A stretch of 64,000 nt of DNA from Parcubacteria group bacterium GW2011_GWC2_48_17 (lineage in GTDB: Bacteria; Patescibacteriota; Minisyncoccia; Phycocordibacterales; UBA10002). The notes beneath the pieces are model-generated. The model was not told the origin of the DNA and made no database searches. It saw only the letters and a program-made list of their open reading frames with translations. The stretch's first letter is position 1, and every line of letters begins with the position of its first letter. Shown here one piece after another: positions 10,224-20,721 of the stretch. The position numbers and the translations under genes are program-made. Location of the stretch: the NCBI GenBank assembly GCA_001003605.1, contig LCPL01000001.1:7976-71975 (forward strand). The letters run 5' to 3'.

Positions 10224-10685
10224 ATGGAAAACATAAATATCGCGGACAAAAAACAATGGAACGGGGACCTAATATATTCGTTCGCCTTTATCGTACTCGC
10301 GTGGGTAATAACACTGTATGGAGTTTCTGCTTCATCCCTCTTTGACCCAACTGTTCACCCGTTCATAGTGAGGCCGTATATCAGCCTTCTGTACTTCTTG
10401 TCGGGTCTCGGTTTCCAGGCCGACCCGATATACTTTGCCTCTGCATATGGATTGCCAGCCCTCTTTTCAGTCATTGTTATCTGTCTGTCAGTTCGTGCGG
10501 GGAGGGAAACGCCTACGATAGAAGGAGAAGGAGAGAGAAAGTTCTTCGGGTTTCTCACCAACAACTGGCAAGGGGTTATTCCTCTGCTTCTCATCATCGG
10601 AGCAGTATTAAATATTCTCTTTCTGTGGCATGTTTTTGCCGCGGTGTCTCTCTTTGAGCCGAGCATCTTCCCTGAATTGAATTAG
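10224..10685 (+). CDS. Hypothetical integral membrane protein (about 4 TM)
   Basis: 153-aa ORF with four hydrophobic helices. No recognisable motif. Confidence 0.4.
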   Translation: MENINIADKKQWNGDLIYSFAFIVLAWVITLYGVSASSLFDPTVHPFIVRPYISLLYFLSGLGFQADPIYFASAYGLPALFSVIVICLSVRAGRETPTIEGEGERKFFGFLTNNWQGVIPLLLIIGAVLNILFLWHVFAAVSLFEPSIFPELN

Positions 10686-10728
10686 GCAAGCGAACGGGTA
10701 AGCAGTGGGACTTTAGTATAGTTAGACA

Positions 10729-11256
10729 ATGGAATATGTTGAGGACTGTTACCATATCACGCCGTGTGTCATTGTGAAGGGAATGGATGAGAAACGGGCG
10801 GATATAAGTTTTTGGACAGAACGCGAGAATGGCGGGTTATTCCTATTCGCTGCTGCGCCCAATTGTGAGGCACAAAGGATCGAATTAGAGGAATTCTTCT
10901 CGCCAATCATAGACAGGACCTACTTCCGATGCGAATGCGGCCGACGCGCCTTTAAGCTCTATTTGCCTCCTCATAAGACCTTGTTCAAGTGTCGCACCTG
11001 TTACAAGCTCCGATATATCCTCACGACATTCAACCCGAATACAGAGCATGGACGGGCTCGATATCAGTTCATACGAATGGAAAAATTATCACAGCAGAGA
11101 ATGGAGATAAGTAAACCGATGTATAAAGGTCGCTATACGACACGTTTCCTACGATTTCTCCGCCTCTGTGGGCGTGCGGGGCTGAGCGATGTAGTGGACG
11201 ATGCCAGAAAACTCATGGAAACTATCCACGCACCCGTGCCAACCTCAACCATTTAG
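10729..11256 (+). CDS. Hypothetical protein with a CxxC...CxxC zinc-ribbon-like motif
   Basis: FRCECGRR...FKCRTCYKL gives two CxxC pairs. Confidence 0.35.
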   Translation: MEYVEDCYHITPCVIVKGMDEKRADISFWTERENGGLFLFAAAPNCEAQRIELEEFFSPIIDRTYFRCECGRRAFKLYLPPHKTLFKCRTCYKLRYILTTFNPNTEHGRARYQFIRMEKLSQQRMEISKPMYKGRYTTRFLRFLRLCGRAGLSDVVDDARKLMETIHAPVPTSTI

Positions 11257-11377
11257 ACAAGTTCAGGATATTTTGACGCACAGATACTTCTTCGAATTCA
11301 TGATCCTCCCGATTTATCGAGTGGAAGCTCAGAACTTCAGCGCGGTTTCTTCCCTGAGACTATCCACAGAATCTGTT

Positions 11378-11406
11378 TTGTTGACATTCTGAAAAGGTGA
11401 TATAAT
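11378..11406 (+). promoter_or_regulatory. Sigma70-like promoter with TTGACA and an extended -10 (TGATATAAT)
   Basis: ttgacattctgaaaaggtgatataat: a TTGACA hexamer and TGnTATAAT. It lies in a 750-nt intergenic region, upstream of a structured sequence. Confidence 0.4.
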
Positions 11407-12009
11407 TTCTTGCAGAATAATAAAGTTTCCTTATTGGAGATGGGGAAACAGGCAACCCGTCAGTGTTCCGATACTGATAAATACCCTAGGGGGGCATGTG
11501 GAACTCATCAGAGTTCCATCATCTCCAAAAATGTGGGACCTGAACTTATAATTCAGAGTTCACATGCGCCCTTAGGGTATTTTGTTTGGTCGGATTGTCT
11601 CTGTGAGTTTCTTTAAAGGAATTTACAGGGGCAATCAGCCCTTAGGCGGAATCCTAGTTACCCGTCGCATCGTCATTATCAGGATTCTTGTAATTAAATT
11701 TCGCCTATGACAATACGAATCGGAAGAAGCGCACGAACTGGTAAATTCACCAGCGTAGCACGGGCAATAGCTCGTCCAAATACGCATGTAGTGGAAACAG
11801 TGTACATTCCTCCTAAACGCAAAAAGCACTGCTAACATAGCAATGCTTTAGCGTTAAAAAGAAAAACAGAGAGCCGCCTTATACTAGGTTGGTGGTTTTC
11901 TGTTGCTAGGATTATACCTCTTTAACAAGGAGGCCGCATTATATTACTTGTGGATAATTGAGAGTTAGGTTAGCCCAAGAGGCTGAAATATGGTAGATTC
12001 TTTAGCACT

Positions 12010-13485
12010 ATGGCGACACTACAATTTAAGGGGAAGTCGGCGGTATGGAATCACCATCTCTCGGTGCCGTATCACACGCTTGAGGAGAATAAGAAGCAGT
12101 CCCTTAAAGGCAAGGACAGCGACGAGAACTTAATCATTGAAGGCGATAATCTTCTCGCGCTCAAAGCACTCCTGCCGAAATATCAGGGGCGGGTGAAGTG
12201 TATCTATATTGACCCGCCGTACAACACGGGTAACGAGAACTGGGTCTATAACGATAATGTGAACAGCCCGACGATGCAGGAGTGGGTAGGCAAAGCCGTT
12301 GCCAAAGACGATCTCACACGGCACGACAAGTGGCTGTGCATGATGACTCCTCGCTTGAAACTCCTGAAGGAACTACTTCGGGAGGATGGGGGGATTTTTA
12401 TTAGCATCGATTACAACGAGGAGTCGCGGTTACGATTGCTGATGGACGAGATTTTCGATGAGGGGAACTATCGAAATACATTTGTCGTGTCGCGTGTAAA
12501 GAAGAACATCCAAGAGACAGAAAAAGTAAAAGCTGTAAACTTCGGGTACAACTCCGTTGTTTTCTATGCACGGACAGATTCTTGCCTTATCAATCCGCCA
12601 AAGCGGCCACATAGAAAAGAAGAGCGGTGGCATGCCTTTGATGCACCTGGCATACGCTCAACGATGGAATTTGAGATTTTCGGTGCAAAGCCTCCTCAAG
12701 GGAGACACTGGATGTATTCGAAGGATCTCGTAGATAAAATGATTAAGGAAGGAACGGTGAGGAAAAACCCAAAGACGGGAAGTATTCAGTATTTACTTGC
12801 CGCTTCTGATTTCACCCTACTTGATACAAACTGGACCGACATCCAGGAATCAGATTCCCAGTGGGACTTCCTGAACGGAGAGAAAAATGTAGAACTCATT
12901 AAGCGAATTATTAAGATGCTTGACGAACCAGGCGCTATAATTCTCGACTCATTTGCTGGCTCAGGCACTACCGCTCATGCCGTTCTTGATCTTAATCGGG
13001 GAGGCGGTGACAGAAAGTTTATTCTCGTAGAAATGGAAAGTTACGCCAATGAAAAAACGGCGGGACGGGTCAGAAAAGTAATAAAGGATAGTGCCGACAA
13101 ATCTGGCTTCACCTACTACACCCTCGGTCCAGCGATAGACGCGGAGAATCTTTTGAGCGGTAAGCTCCCGACTTACAAGGAATTCGCCAAGTATGTCTAC
13201 TACCTCGCCACGGGCAAGAATCACCCGAACGAAGCGAAGATAAAGGAGAGCGACTCACTCGTAGGAAAGGCAGAGCACGAATCAATCTATCTTCTCTACG
13301 AGAAAGACAAGAAGAAGCTCAAGACGCTCGCTATAACCCTTGATTGGGCGCAGAAAGTCCACGAAAAGAACTCGGGCAGGAAGATTGTCTATGCTCCTGC
13401 CTGTTACCTCGACGACGAGGCATTGGAGCAGTACAACATCAAGTTTGTCAGTATTCCCTATAATCTCTTTGAGCGAAATGTGTAA
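12010..13485 (+). CDS. mod: Type III restriction-modification system methyltransferase (Mod), beta-class N6-adenine/N4-cytosine MTase
   Basis: DPPYN (motif IV) precedes DSFAGSGTT (motif I). LIIEGDNLLALKAL is the typical Mod N-terminus. A Res gene follows 5 nt downstream. Confidence 0.8.
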   Translation: MATLQFKGKSAVWNHHLSVPYHTLEENKKQSLKGKDSDENLIIEGDNLLALKALLPKYQGRVKCIYIDPPYNTGNENWVYNDNVNSPTMQEWVGKAVAKDDLTRHDKWLCMMTPRLKLLKELLREDGGIFISIDYNEESRLRLLMDEIFDEGNYRNTFVVSRVKKNIQETEKVKAVNFGYNSVVFYARTDSCLINPPKRPHRKEERWHAFDAPGIRSTMEFEIFGAKPPQGRHWMYSKDLVDKMIKEGTVRKNPKTGSIQYLLAASDFTLLDTNWTDIQESDSQWDFLNGEKNVELIKRIIKMLDEPGAIILDSFAGSGTTAHAVLDLNRGGGDRKFILVEMESYANEKTAGRVRKVIKDSADKSGFTYYTLGPAIDAENLLSGKLPTYKEFAKYVYYLATGKNHPNEAKIKESDSLVGKAEHESIYLLYEKDKKKLKTLAITLDWAQKVHEKNSGRKIVYAPACYLDDEALEQYNIKFVSIPYNLFERNV

Positions 13486-13490
13486 CCTCT

Positions 13491-15989
13491 ATGCTGAAGG
13501 ACTATCAAAAAAAGGTGGTGAAGGAGATAGAACGCTTCTTTAACCACTTGGACAGCGCACGACAGAAGTTTGAGGTTATGGGGGCCGATATGCAGTCAAC
13601 TGTCCAGTCGCTTGGCGGCTTTCTCGCACTCACTAACGAATACAAGGGGTATGTTGACCGCCCCCAGACAGGCATCGGCGCTTCCTATCCTCGCGTCTGC
13701 ATCAAGATGCCAACAGGTGGCGGAAAAACCCTAATTGCAATTGAGACCATTCGCGCGTATCAAAACCTCTTCGCCAAGAGCAAGACGGGGCTGGTAGTAT
13801 GGATAACACACCGCGACCAGATATATCGGCAGACCATAGAGAATCTACAGAATAAAGGGCATGTCTATCGGCAGTTGCTGGACCAAGCAAGCGGCAATCG
13901 GACGCTTATCATCGAAAAGGGCCAGGCGCTACGCAAACAGGATGTGGACGAGAACCTCGTCGTGCTTATGCTGATGATTCAGTCCGCGAGAAAGGACACC
14001 AACAAGATATTTGAGGACAGTGGCGGCTATACCGATTTCTTTCCGCCCGAAAACCGCTATGACCTCCACAAAGAGTTGCTTGGTGTCATTCCGAATCTTG
14101 ATAGGACAGTTGATACTGATACGCTCTATGAGCGTGCGCAGATTAAGACCAGTTTGGGAAATGTGATTCGTTCGTTGAACCCGCTCGTTATCATGGATGA
14201 GCTCCACACGATGTTCACCGATACGGCCAAAGAGACACTCGATGGGCTGAATCCCTCGGTGGTTATCGGACTATCGGCCACTCCACGGCAAGGTATGAAT
14301 ATTCTCTCTGAAGTGTCGGGACGGGATCTCAAGGTAGCGGACATGATTAAACTTGATATGCATCTCATTCCGCCTGTACAGAAAGATGACTGGCGTTCTA
14401 TGCTCATAGCCGTCAAGGCAAAGCGCGATGCGCTTGAGAACAGCGCGACTAAACTTGAGCGCAATAAAGGCGTATATATTCGCCCCATCGCGCTGATACA
14501 GGTTGAACGGACGGGTAAGGACCAGCGCGGACAGAAACATTTCGTACATAGTGAAGATGTTCGAGAGTTTCTCACTGCGTCTGGTGTCCCTAAACATACC
14601 ATCGCAGTGAAATCCAGTTCTCTTGATGAGATTAAACAGCAGAAACTTCTTTCCAAGGAGAGCGAGATTCGATATATCATCACGAAAGAGGCACTCAAGG
14701 AGGGGTGGGACTGTTCATTCGCGTATATCCTCGGAGTGATACCGAATGCAAAGAGCGACTCTTCAATGACTCAACTTGTGGGGCGCGTTCTGCGACAGCC
14801 CTATGCGAAAAAGACGGGAGTAGCCGAGCTTGACGAGAGCTATGTATTTTTCAGGAGCGGTAATGTAAAAGAGGTACTTGAAAAGATACAGGCGGGGTTT
14901 GATGATGAAGGACTCGGCGATCTGAAACTGGGTATAGCGGTACGCGACCACAGTGGTAAGACGCTTAACCCGACGCGAAATGTTGGCATCAGGAAAGAGA
15001 TTAAAGAGCAGTACCCCGAATCGCTCTTTCTTCCTATGTGGCTTGTGAAGCAGGGCAAGGGACTGTACCGCAAGTTTTCGTATGATACAGATATACGCCC
15101 ACGCCTTTCGTGGGATGTTCAGAAGGAGACAAAGCAGTGGCTCAAGGAGCTTATCCCGACGATTGGAAAGCCGCGGAGGGGACCGAAGGAGAGAATAATC
15201 ACTCTGAATAAAGAGGCGAGAATAGGGGGATCGGTTAAGGACAGAGGGTCCGTGAAGTTTGATGAACTCTATATCACTCGGCGATTCTCGGAAACCATTG
15301 AAAATGCGTTTATAGCTCATGAGATAGCCGAGGGTATTGTCTCCAAGCTCAGTGTCCAATTTTCAGCAGAGGTGCTCGATACGGATTCGGGATATATTGC
15401 TCGGGAGATTGAGCGGCACTTATTGGAGTTTAGGAAGAAACAGGAGCAAGGCATTTTTGAGAACCTCGTAAAGAGCGATTCGCTTGAACTCGTTGTCTCT
15501 GATGATGCCGAATCAGGATTCTCTATGCCCGACAAAGATAGCGTTGCAGGGAATATCCCTCCTGTCTATACGCTTAATCTGTACGAAGCGATTGAGCCCG
15601 ATTCTATGAATACGCTTGAGCAGGAAGTGGCGGACATCATTGAGGAGAGCCATAATGTGGTCTGGTGGGCTCGGAATAAGCCACAGAAGGGGTGGTATGC
15701 GGTCCAGGGGTGGCAGAGGGACAAGATACGGCCTGACTTTGTTATAGCCCGTAAGAACGATAAAGGAGAGCTTGAATTTGTTTATGTGGTAGAGAGTAAG
15801 GGTGAGCACCTTGCGGGAAATGAGGATACGAAATACAAGACTGCCGTATTCGAGAAGATGAACACGATGCGCAGGAGTGTGCAGAAAACACAGGTGCGGA
15901 CGACGACCGTAAAGCTCAATGACCAGTTTAAGTTTGAGGTGATTCCCGAAGGAAAGGAGGAAATTCAGTTAAAGAAGGAACTCAATTAG
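13491..15989 (+). CDS. res: Type III restriction enzyme Res subunit (SF2 helicase plus C-terminal PD-(D/E)xK nuclease)
   Basis: Walker A MPTGGGKT, motif II VIMDELH, motif III GLSATP. C-terminal PDFVIARK...VVESKGEH is the nuclease motif. Confidence 0.8.
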   Translation: MLKDYQKKVVKEIERFFNHLDSARQKFEVMGADMQSTVQSLGGFLALTNEYKGYVDRPQTGIGASYPRVCIKMPTGGGKTLIAIETIRAYQNLFAKSKTGLVVWITHRDQIYRQTIENLQNKGHVYRQLLDQASGNRTLIIEKGQALRKQDVDENLVVLMLMIQSARKDTNKIFEDSGGYTDFFPPENRYDLHKELLGVIPNLDRTVDTDTLYERAQIKTSLGNVIRSLNPLVIMDELHTMFTDTAKETLDGLNPSVVIGLSATPRQGMNILSEVSGRDLKVADMIKLDMHLIPPVQKDDWRSMLIAVKAKRDALENSATKLERNKGVYIRPIALIQVERTGKDQRGQKHFVHSEDVREFLTASGVPKHTIAVKSSSLDEIKQQKLLSKESEIRYIITKEALKEGWDCSFAYILGVIPNAKSDSSMTQLVGRVLRQPYAKKTGVAELDESYVFFRSGNVKEVLEKIQAGFDDEGLGDLKLGIAVRDHSGKTLNPTRNVGIRKEIKEQYPESLFLPMWLVKQGKGLYRKFSYDTDIRPRLSWDVQKETKQWLKELIPTIGKPRRGPKERIITLNKEARIGGSVKDRGSVKFDELYITRRFSETIENAFIAHEIAEGIVSKLSVQFSAEVLDTDSGYIAREIERHLLEFRKKQEQGIFENLVKSDSLELVVSDDAESGFSMPDKDSVAGNIPPVYTLNLYEAIEPDSMNTLEQEVADIIEESHNVVWWARNKPQKGWYAVQGWQRDKIRPDFVIARKNDKGELEFVYVVESKGEHLAGNEDTKYKTAVFEKMNTMRRSVQKTQVRTTTVKLNDQFKFEVIPEGKEEIQLKKELN

Positions 15990-16004
15990 CATATCGTCGG
16001 GCCA

Positions 16005-16850
16005 ATGAACAAATGTAAAGATTTAATAGTCAGACTGGGGAAAGCATTCTCCAGAGTTCCTATTGTCTACCACAACTGGAGATGCAGACACCACAGATGT
16101 GTTCGATGTAACCTCCCCTTTTTAGTAAAGGGAGGGGACCACTATCGCATTGATGCGGGCTACTTTTTTCTTGGGAAAAACTTCGAAAGGAACTGCGAGC
16201 GTGCTCAGCTAATAAATCGTAGAGACAGTTCTGTAGATATGTGCGAATTGAGTGATGCTCACACCCTTCTTGTTGGTATTATCGGGAGCATGCTTGAGGA
16301 ACATAACGGGAGGCGGGTACCTGTCGAAGATGAAAATATAAGGCGTAAGTTTGTTCTGACGGCTGCCTTTGTTCAGGGAATATTTCTGTGCGAACAAAGC
16401 ATTTTGCGGAGCATGTATCTTCAGGCAGGAGCCTTAATAAGACAGGAATTTGAAACCCTAGTTTTGCTGAATGAGATTAAGGCGGGCAGGCGAAAGGATG
16501 GGAAGGTAGGAAACGCAAAGCATGCGCCATGGAAGAGCAGCCGTCACTATGGAGAACTCAGTGCGTTTGCGCATCTGTCTAATCACCAAATTCTTGATTC
16601 GATAATCGGATACAACACTACATGGGGAGACTTTGCGGCGACAACTCCTCGATATCAAAAGGAGAATGCTAAAAGAATTTACTGTTGGCACATTTCCCTA
16701 GTTCTAGGAATTGTGGAAGAGCTTGCTGCTCTATATGTTGAAATGTACGCCTATAAACCTAGTGAGCGAGAAACAGATGCTAAGAATATTGCATTCAGCA
16801 TCTTGGTAAAATACAAGGTCTTCAAAGAGCCACGTGATAAGAGTAGATGA
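16005..16850 (+). CDS. Hypothetical protein. Start uncertain; a possible alternative start is at 16239.
   Basis: 281-aa ORF immediately downstream of res. No motif recognised. Confidence 0.3.
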   Translation: MNKCKDLIVRLGKAFSRVPIVYHNWRCRHHRCVRCNLPFLVKGGDHYRIDAGYFFLGKNFERNCERAQLINRRDSSVDMCELSDAHTLLVGIIGSMLEEHNGRRVPVEDENIRRKFVLTAAFVQGIFLCEQSILRSMYLQAGALIRQEFETLVLLNEIKAGRRKDGKVGNAKHAPWKSSRHYGELSAFAHLSNHQILDSIIGYNTTWGDFAATTPRYQKENAKRIYCWHISLVLGIVEELAALYVEMYAYKPSERETDAKNIAFSILVKYKVFKEPRDKSR

Positions 16851-16894
16851 AGTAGATCACTGTATCTGGGTTTTCTTGGTATACTTGGCAGACT

Positions 16895-17815
16895 ATGCCA
16901 CCGAGTCTAAACAAGAATTCACCACTGATGCGTTTGATTGAGGGAATTATCTCCTCTTTCAGCCGCCTCCTTCGGTCAAGAAGTAAGGCGCAAACTGTAA
17001 TTGCGCCCTCAAGAGGTCCCTTACCTCATTTGGAGAAGCCGACAGTAGAACCCTCTCCCATTGGACCCGTTATTCAAGAGACTGTAATGGCGCCTGTAGT
17101 GCAGGAGATTCCTAAGGTGGAATCGTCTTCAGCAGGTTTTTTGCGGTGTCCGATAAAGATTGAAGGTCAGGCACTGACACCCTTTACAGTTCGCATCAGT
17201 GCTATCCTTGATCACTCGGGTACAGCCATTGACCCGACCAGCGATAAGAAGTGGGGAAGAAGCGCGAAGGATCAAAAGGTGAAAGCTTTCAATGGAGAAG
17301 TTGGAGAGGGTCCACAATGCCCTCAAGAGCCGTGTGGTTACTCGATGAGGGATTCCGATGAATTTTTCAAGAACAGGGAGATTAATTATGTAGGAGTTTT
17401 ATCCGATGGCGGGAAGTGTACTCTCCAATATGACGGGCATGCGGGTTATGATTTTCCATATCCTGTCCTCACTGCAGTTGTTGCGCCTGCCAGTGGCGAG
17501 CTGTACAAAGCCGCTCAAGGAACCGATTCAATTTACAGCGCACACTGGGGTAAGGACCATTCTTTCTACATAAAGCACGATAACGGTTTCGTAACATGGT
17601 TTCGACACTGTGAGAAGCTGATAGATAGTATAGAAGCAATCATCGGCTCGGACTTTACGAAGTCCTATCGCGTAGAAGGTGGAGCCTCTGTTGCCTACAG
17701 TGGCAATTTTGAGAATGGAAAATCAGGAGGAACCCCCGCGCATCTGCATTTTGAAGTGCGGGATAAGGATTGGAAAATCGTGGACCCTTACCAGACCAAA
17801 TTGTGGAGGGATTAA
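16895..17815 (+). CDS. M23 family (LytM-type) metallopeptidase
   Basis: C-terminal GHAGYDF...(HxxxD) and GGTPAHLHFEV (HxH) are M23 zinc-ligand motifs. Confidence 0.6.
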   Translation: MPPSLNKNSPLMRLIEGIISSFSRLLRSRSKAQTVIAPSRGPLPHLEKPTVEPSPIGPVIQETVMAPVVQEIPKVESSSAGFLRCPIKIEGQALTPFTVRISAILDHSGTAIDPTSDKKWGRSAKDQKVKAFNGEVGEGPQCPQEPCGYSMRDSDEFFKNREINYVGVLSDGGKCTLQYDGHAGYDFPYPVLTAVVAPASGELYKAAQGTDSIYSAHWGKDHSFYIKHDNGFVTWFRHCEKLIDSIEAIIGSDFTKSYRVEGGASVAYSGNFENGKSGGTPAHLHFEVRDKDWKIVDPYQTKLWRD

Positions 17816-17825
17816 GGAGAACACC

Positions 17826-18638
17826 ATGTCCAGCATTTCTGCATCTTATAGCGGCCCTCGAGAAATCAAGTACCTATTTGTTGACGGTGGCTGTTTTCGC
17901 CAGACGCTTGAAACATTGTCGAAACGATATTTCGGCGTTCCAATAGATATTGATTACCAAAAACTTGCGGGAGAGTTCACGAAGGTTTTTTACTATGATG
18001 CACTTCCTGTGAAGGAGGAGGAAGAAGTAGACGCCGCATACGAATTACGAATCAGGACACAAGATGGGCTACTGAATCATATTCGCTCTTTCGATAAATA
18101 TCATGTCTATGAGGGCGATGCTCGCCGCCGTCCCAAGCGGGGTCTGGAGCAAAAAAAGGTGGATGTGATGATTGCGGTGGATATGCTGACGCACTCCGTG
18201 CGTCGCAACATGCACAAAGCGACTCTGCTCACGGGAGATCTTGATTTTAAGCCGCTTATTGACGCATTAGTTCAGGAGGGTATGTTTGTCACTCTCTGGT
18301 ATCCCAAGGAGGCGACGAATCCAGAACTAATAACCGCGGCGGATGGCCGTAGGGTATTTGACATCCGCTCAGCATACGAAAATGCAACTGATGACTTTCG
18401 AAACCGATTTCGTCTCCCGTTTGCTTCATCTGGTCCTAAAGGTGTAGGGAAAGCAAAATTGGAACAAACATGGTGGGACAAGACGAGAGGCCCCATTGAA
18501 CTCTATCGAGATGATGATGGTTATCTTGTGGTCTTTGTTGAGGGGGTAAACCCAGGGTATTATCTTCATTTTCGGCATCACGGTATGGATTTACTCAAGA
18601 TGTATATGCGTGAATACTACGACATCTCGATGCCCTAA
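17826..18638 (+). CDS. NYN-domain (PIN-like) putative ribonuclease with an extra C-terminal domain
   Basis: KYLFVDGGCF...KKVDVMIAVDML...ATLLTGDLDFKPLI matches the NYN/LabA-like pattern (VDG.N......GVDV.iA.D.......v.lvSGDsDF.Plv). The start was moved to Met 17826 to avoid overlap. Confidence 0.5.
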   Translation: MSSISASYSGPREIKYLFVDGGCFRQTLETLSKRYFGVPIDIDYQKLAGEFTKVFYYDALPVKEEEEVDAAYELRIRTQDGLLNHIRSFDKYHVYEGDARRRPKRGLEQKKVDVMIAVDMLTHSVRRNMHKATLLTGDLDFKPLIDALVQEGMFVTLWYPKEATNPELITAADGRRVFDIRSAYENATDDFRNRFRLPFASSGPKGVGKAKLEQTWWDKTRGPIELYRDDDGYLVVFVEGVNPGYYLHFRHHGMDLLKMYMREYYDISMP

Positions 18639-18971
18639 ATATGAAAAGGAGGTCTCAGAAAATCAAGATGATTTTCATTGATCCTCCTCCGCCGAAAACG
18701 GAAGACGAAAGAAGGGACAGAGAGCGGAGGATTGAGCAGGCTTTTGACATCTTATTTAATGTTGTACTTAGGAGATATCCCAAATCTCAGAGTCGCTTCG
18801 GTAAATCCTCAGACTAGGGCTAGAAGCTGTCGTACATGAGTAAGGACCATCGCAGGATCTGCTACTGCCTTCTTCCAGTCATAGGTTCGGAACGCGTCCC
18901 GCCAAGCGAGCCAGTTAGTATGAAGCCCAAAATTTGAAAATCCGGTTTTCATGATACAATTGAATTTCATT

Positions 18972-19112
18972 TAGGACTTACGCACTTTATCATCTTTCGG
19001 TGTCATTCCACTGAAAAAGGGAATCCATGTTATGCAGTATAGCTCTGGATTCCCGCCTCTGCGGGAATGATGAGGAGAAAATGCGAGAGCAAGCTAAAGT
19101 GCGTAAGTCCTA
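18972..19112. mobile_element. MITE-like element, copy A, with perfect 18-nt terminal inverted repeats TAGGACTTACGCACTTTA
   Basis: taggacttacgcacttta at 18972-18989 and its exact reverse complement at 19095-19112. The interior carries the widespread gtcattcc...gcgggaat palindromic-repeat core. Confidence 0.55.
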
Positions 19113-19139
19113 TCATTATTACTTACATATTAAAGAACT

Positions 19140-19325
19140 ATGAAAACTCTTAAATGCGACCTGTGCGAAATAACGGCGGAAGGTGAGACATTTGAAGCAT
19201 GGATGAAAGCCCTTCATCCTCATTACAATGAGGTTCATGTTGAAGTAATGAAAAACTCTAGTCATACAAAGGAAGACATGGAGAAGTGGATGGCTGAAAA
19301 TAAGGCAAGGTTTGATGCTGCCTAA
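19140..19325 (+). CDS. Small DUF1059-like protein (tentative)
   Basis: MKTLKCDLCEITAEGETFEAWMKALHPHYNEVH resembles the ~60-aa DUF1059 pattern (MK.F.C.D.G..C.....ETEEE....EH....HG). Confidence 0.3.
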   Translation: MKTLKCDLCEITAEGETFEAWMKALHPHYNEVHVEVMKNSSHTKEDMEKWMAENKARFDAA

Positions 19326-19501
19326 AACATACGCAAAAAACATTCGTAAAAAAAGCCAGCTATGTGTGCTTTTTTACAAATCCTAATTCCCAACTTTTTT
19401 CCTATTCTAGTCCAGTTCAAAGTCCTGAACCTGTCCCACAAGTTGGAGCAAAGCAATCATGAAAAAGCCCCCATTGTTGGGGCTTTTCTGTTGCGCAAGA
19501 G

Positions 19502-20503
19502 TTAATTGGCCAGTGTCATCGCCTGAAACTGACCTGTCCTTCTCACATTACCTGACGCGTCCCTCGACTCAATAATAAGGTAATAGGTGGTACTCGTTCC
19601 TAGGCCACTAAGGTCCAGTCTGTGGTCTTTTTCCAAAGTCAATTTTTCCGTGAAAGGCGTTGTAGAGGCGTTTGCATCTAGTGGGGTTGATGTGCCAAAC
19701 AGCAGTTTGCTTGTGGAAAATTCATTGGTATGCCAACCGACACTGATGGTGGTCGTACCGACTAGTGTACTTACGCTACTTATAATTGGGGCAAGAGCGT
19801 CCGTCAGAATGCTCTTTGTCGTAAAGGAGAATTCGGAAGAAGTGGCAGTGTTTCCCGATGCATCCACAGTGCTAATGAGCGCGTAATAAGTCGTGGAGGC
19901 AGTCAGGCCGAAGATGTCAGTATGATGATTCCGAGAAAAACCAGAACCGGACAAGACCTGTATTGACCCAGCCGTGATGTTTATAGGCGTGGTGGTGCTG
20001 TAATATAGAGTGCCTCTGGTTTTTTCATTCGTCTCCCATTTTACTTCCGCTCTGACTATCTTTGGATTGGTGGAGATGTTGCTTATGGCTGGCGCCACGG
20101 TATCAATCTGTGGAGGGGTGGTTGTAGCTCTATTATCGGGGAACTTCTTCCAGATGCCAAATGGCCAGAAGCACACTCTGTCCGCCAGTTCTTGAAGTCG
20201 TTCCTTGTTGCCAGTGCGGCTCATGCGAATTAGAAGACCAAATGACCTAAAACACTCCTTCTCCATTCGGCCATTCCTTCGAATGAGCGTCTGCTCTTTA
20301 GCTTTTTCCCTTTTCTCGTGTTCCTCCTCATTGTCCCACGCATCATCCATGAGTTTCCGCTGTTGTTCCACTGCCTCTTTCTGCTGTACACTTTTTCCGT
20401 TATTCCCCTTGTCCTGCTTTGCGTATGTAAGCGTAGGGGAAAGCGTGAAGGTCGCAACAAGCATCGAGGCGGCAACGACTCTGCTCAATCTTTTTGTTTT
20501 CAT
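19502..20503 (-). CDS. Secreted protein with two fibronectin type III-like domains
   Basis: Signal peptide MKTKRLSRVVAASMLVATFTLSPTLTYA. Two repeats follow with the pattern W.TNE.T.G.L.Y......L.GL...TTYY..I.S.DASGN. Confidence 0.5.
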   Translation of the reverse strand: MKTKRLSRVVAASMLVATFTLSPTLTYAKQDKGNNGKSVQQKEAVEQQRKLMDDAWDNEEEHEKREKAKEQTLIRRNGRMEKECFRSFGLLIRMSRTGNKERLQELADRVCFWPFGIWKKFPDNRATTTPPQIDTVAPAISNISTNPKIVRAEVKWETNEKTRGTLYYSTTTPINITAGSIQVLSGSGFSRNHHTDIFGLTASTTYYALISTVDASGNTATSSEFSFTTKSILTDALAPIISSVSTLVGTTTISVGWHTNEFSTSKLLFGTSTPLDANASTTPFTEKLTLEKDHRLDLSGLGTSTTYYLIIESRDASGNVRRTGQFQAMTLAN

Positions 20504-20721
20504 AAAAGTATGTTTGGTGATAATTAGTAATGCTTACACCAATCGGGAAGCGATGCTCTCCTTCGCATGGGTCCCATGCTTCAAAAAGACGCTTCGGTAC
20601 AGCATCTCTTACACCACGAATCAATCAGACAATAAGATTTCATTTCTGCAATGGACGCTGCAGGTAAGAGAAGACGAGTTTGTGATACCCTGTAAGAATT
20701 GAGGCACGCACTCGTCTCTCT

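Noticed and set aside
13702-15809. Several 60-200-aa minus-strand ORFs inside the res gene (e.g. 14126..14698, 14763..15359, 15513..15809)
   Set aside because: Fully contained antisense within a gene that has strong helicase/nuclease motifs. Compositionally protein-unlike.
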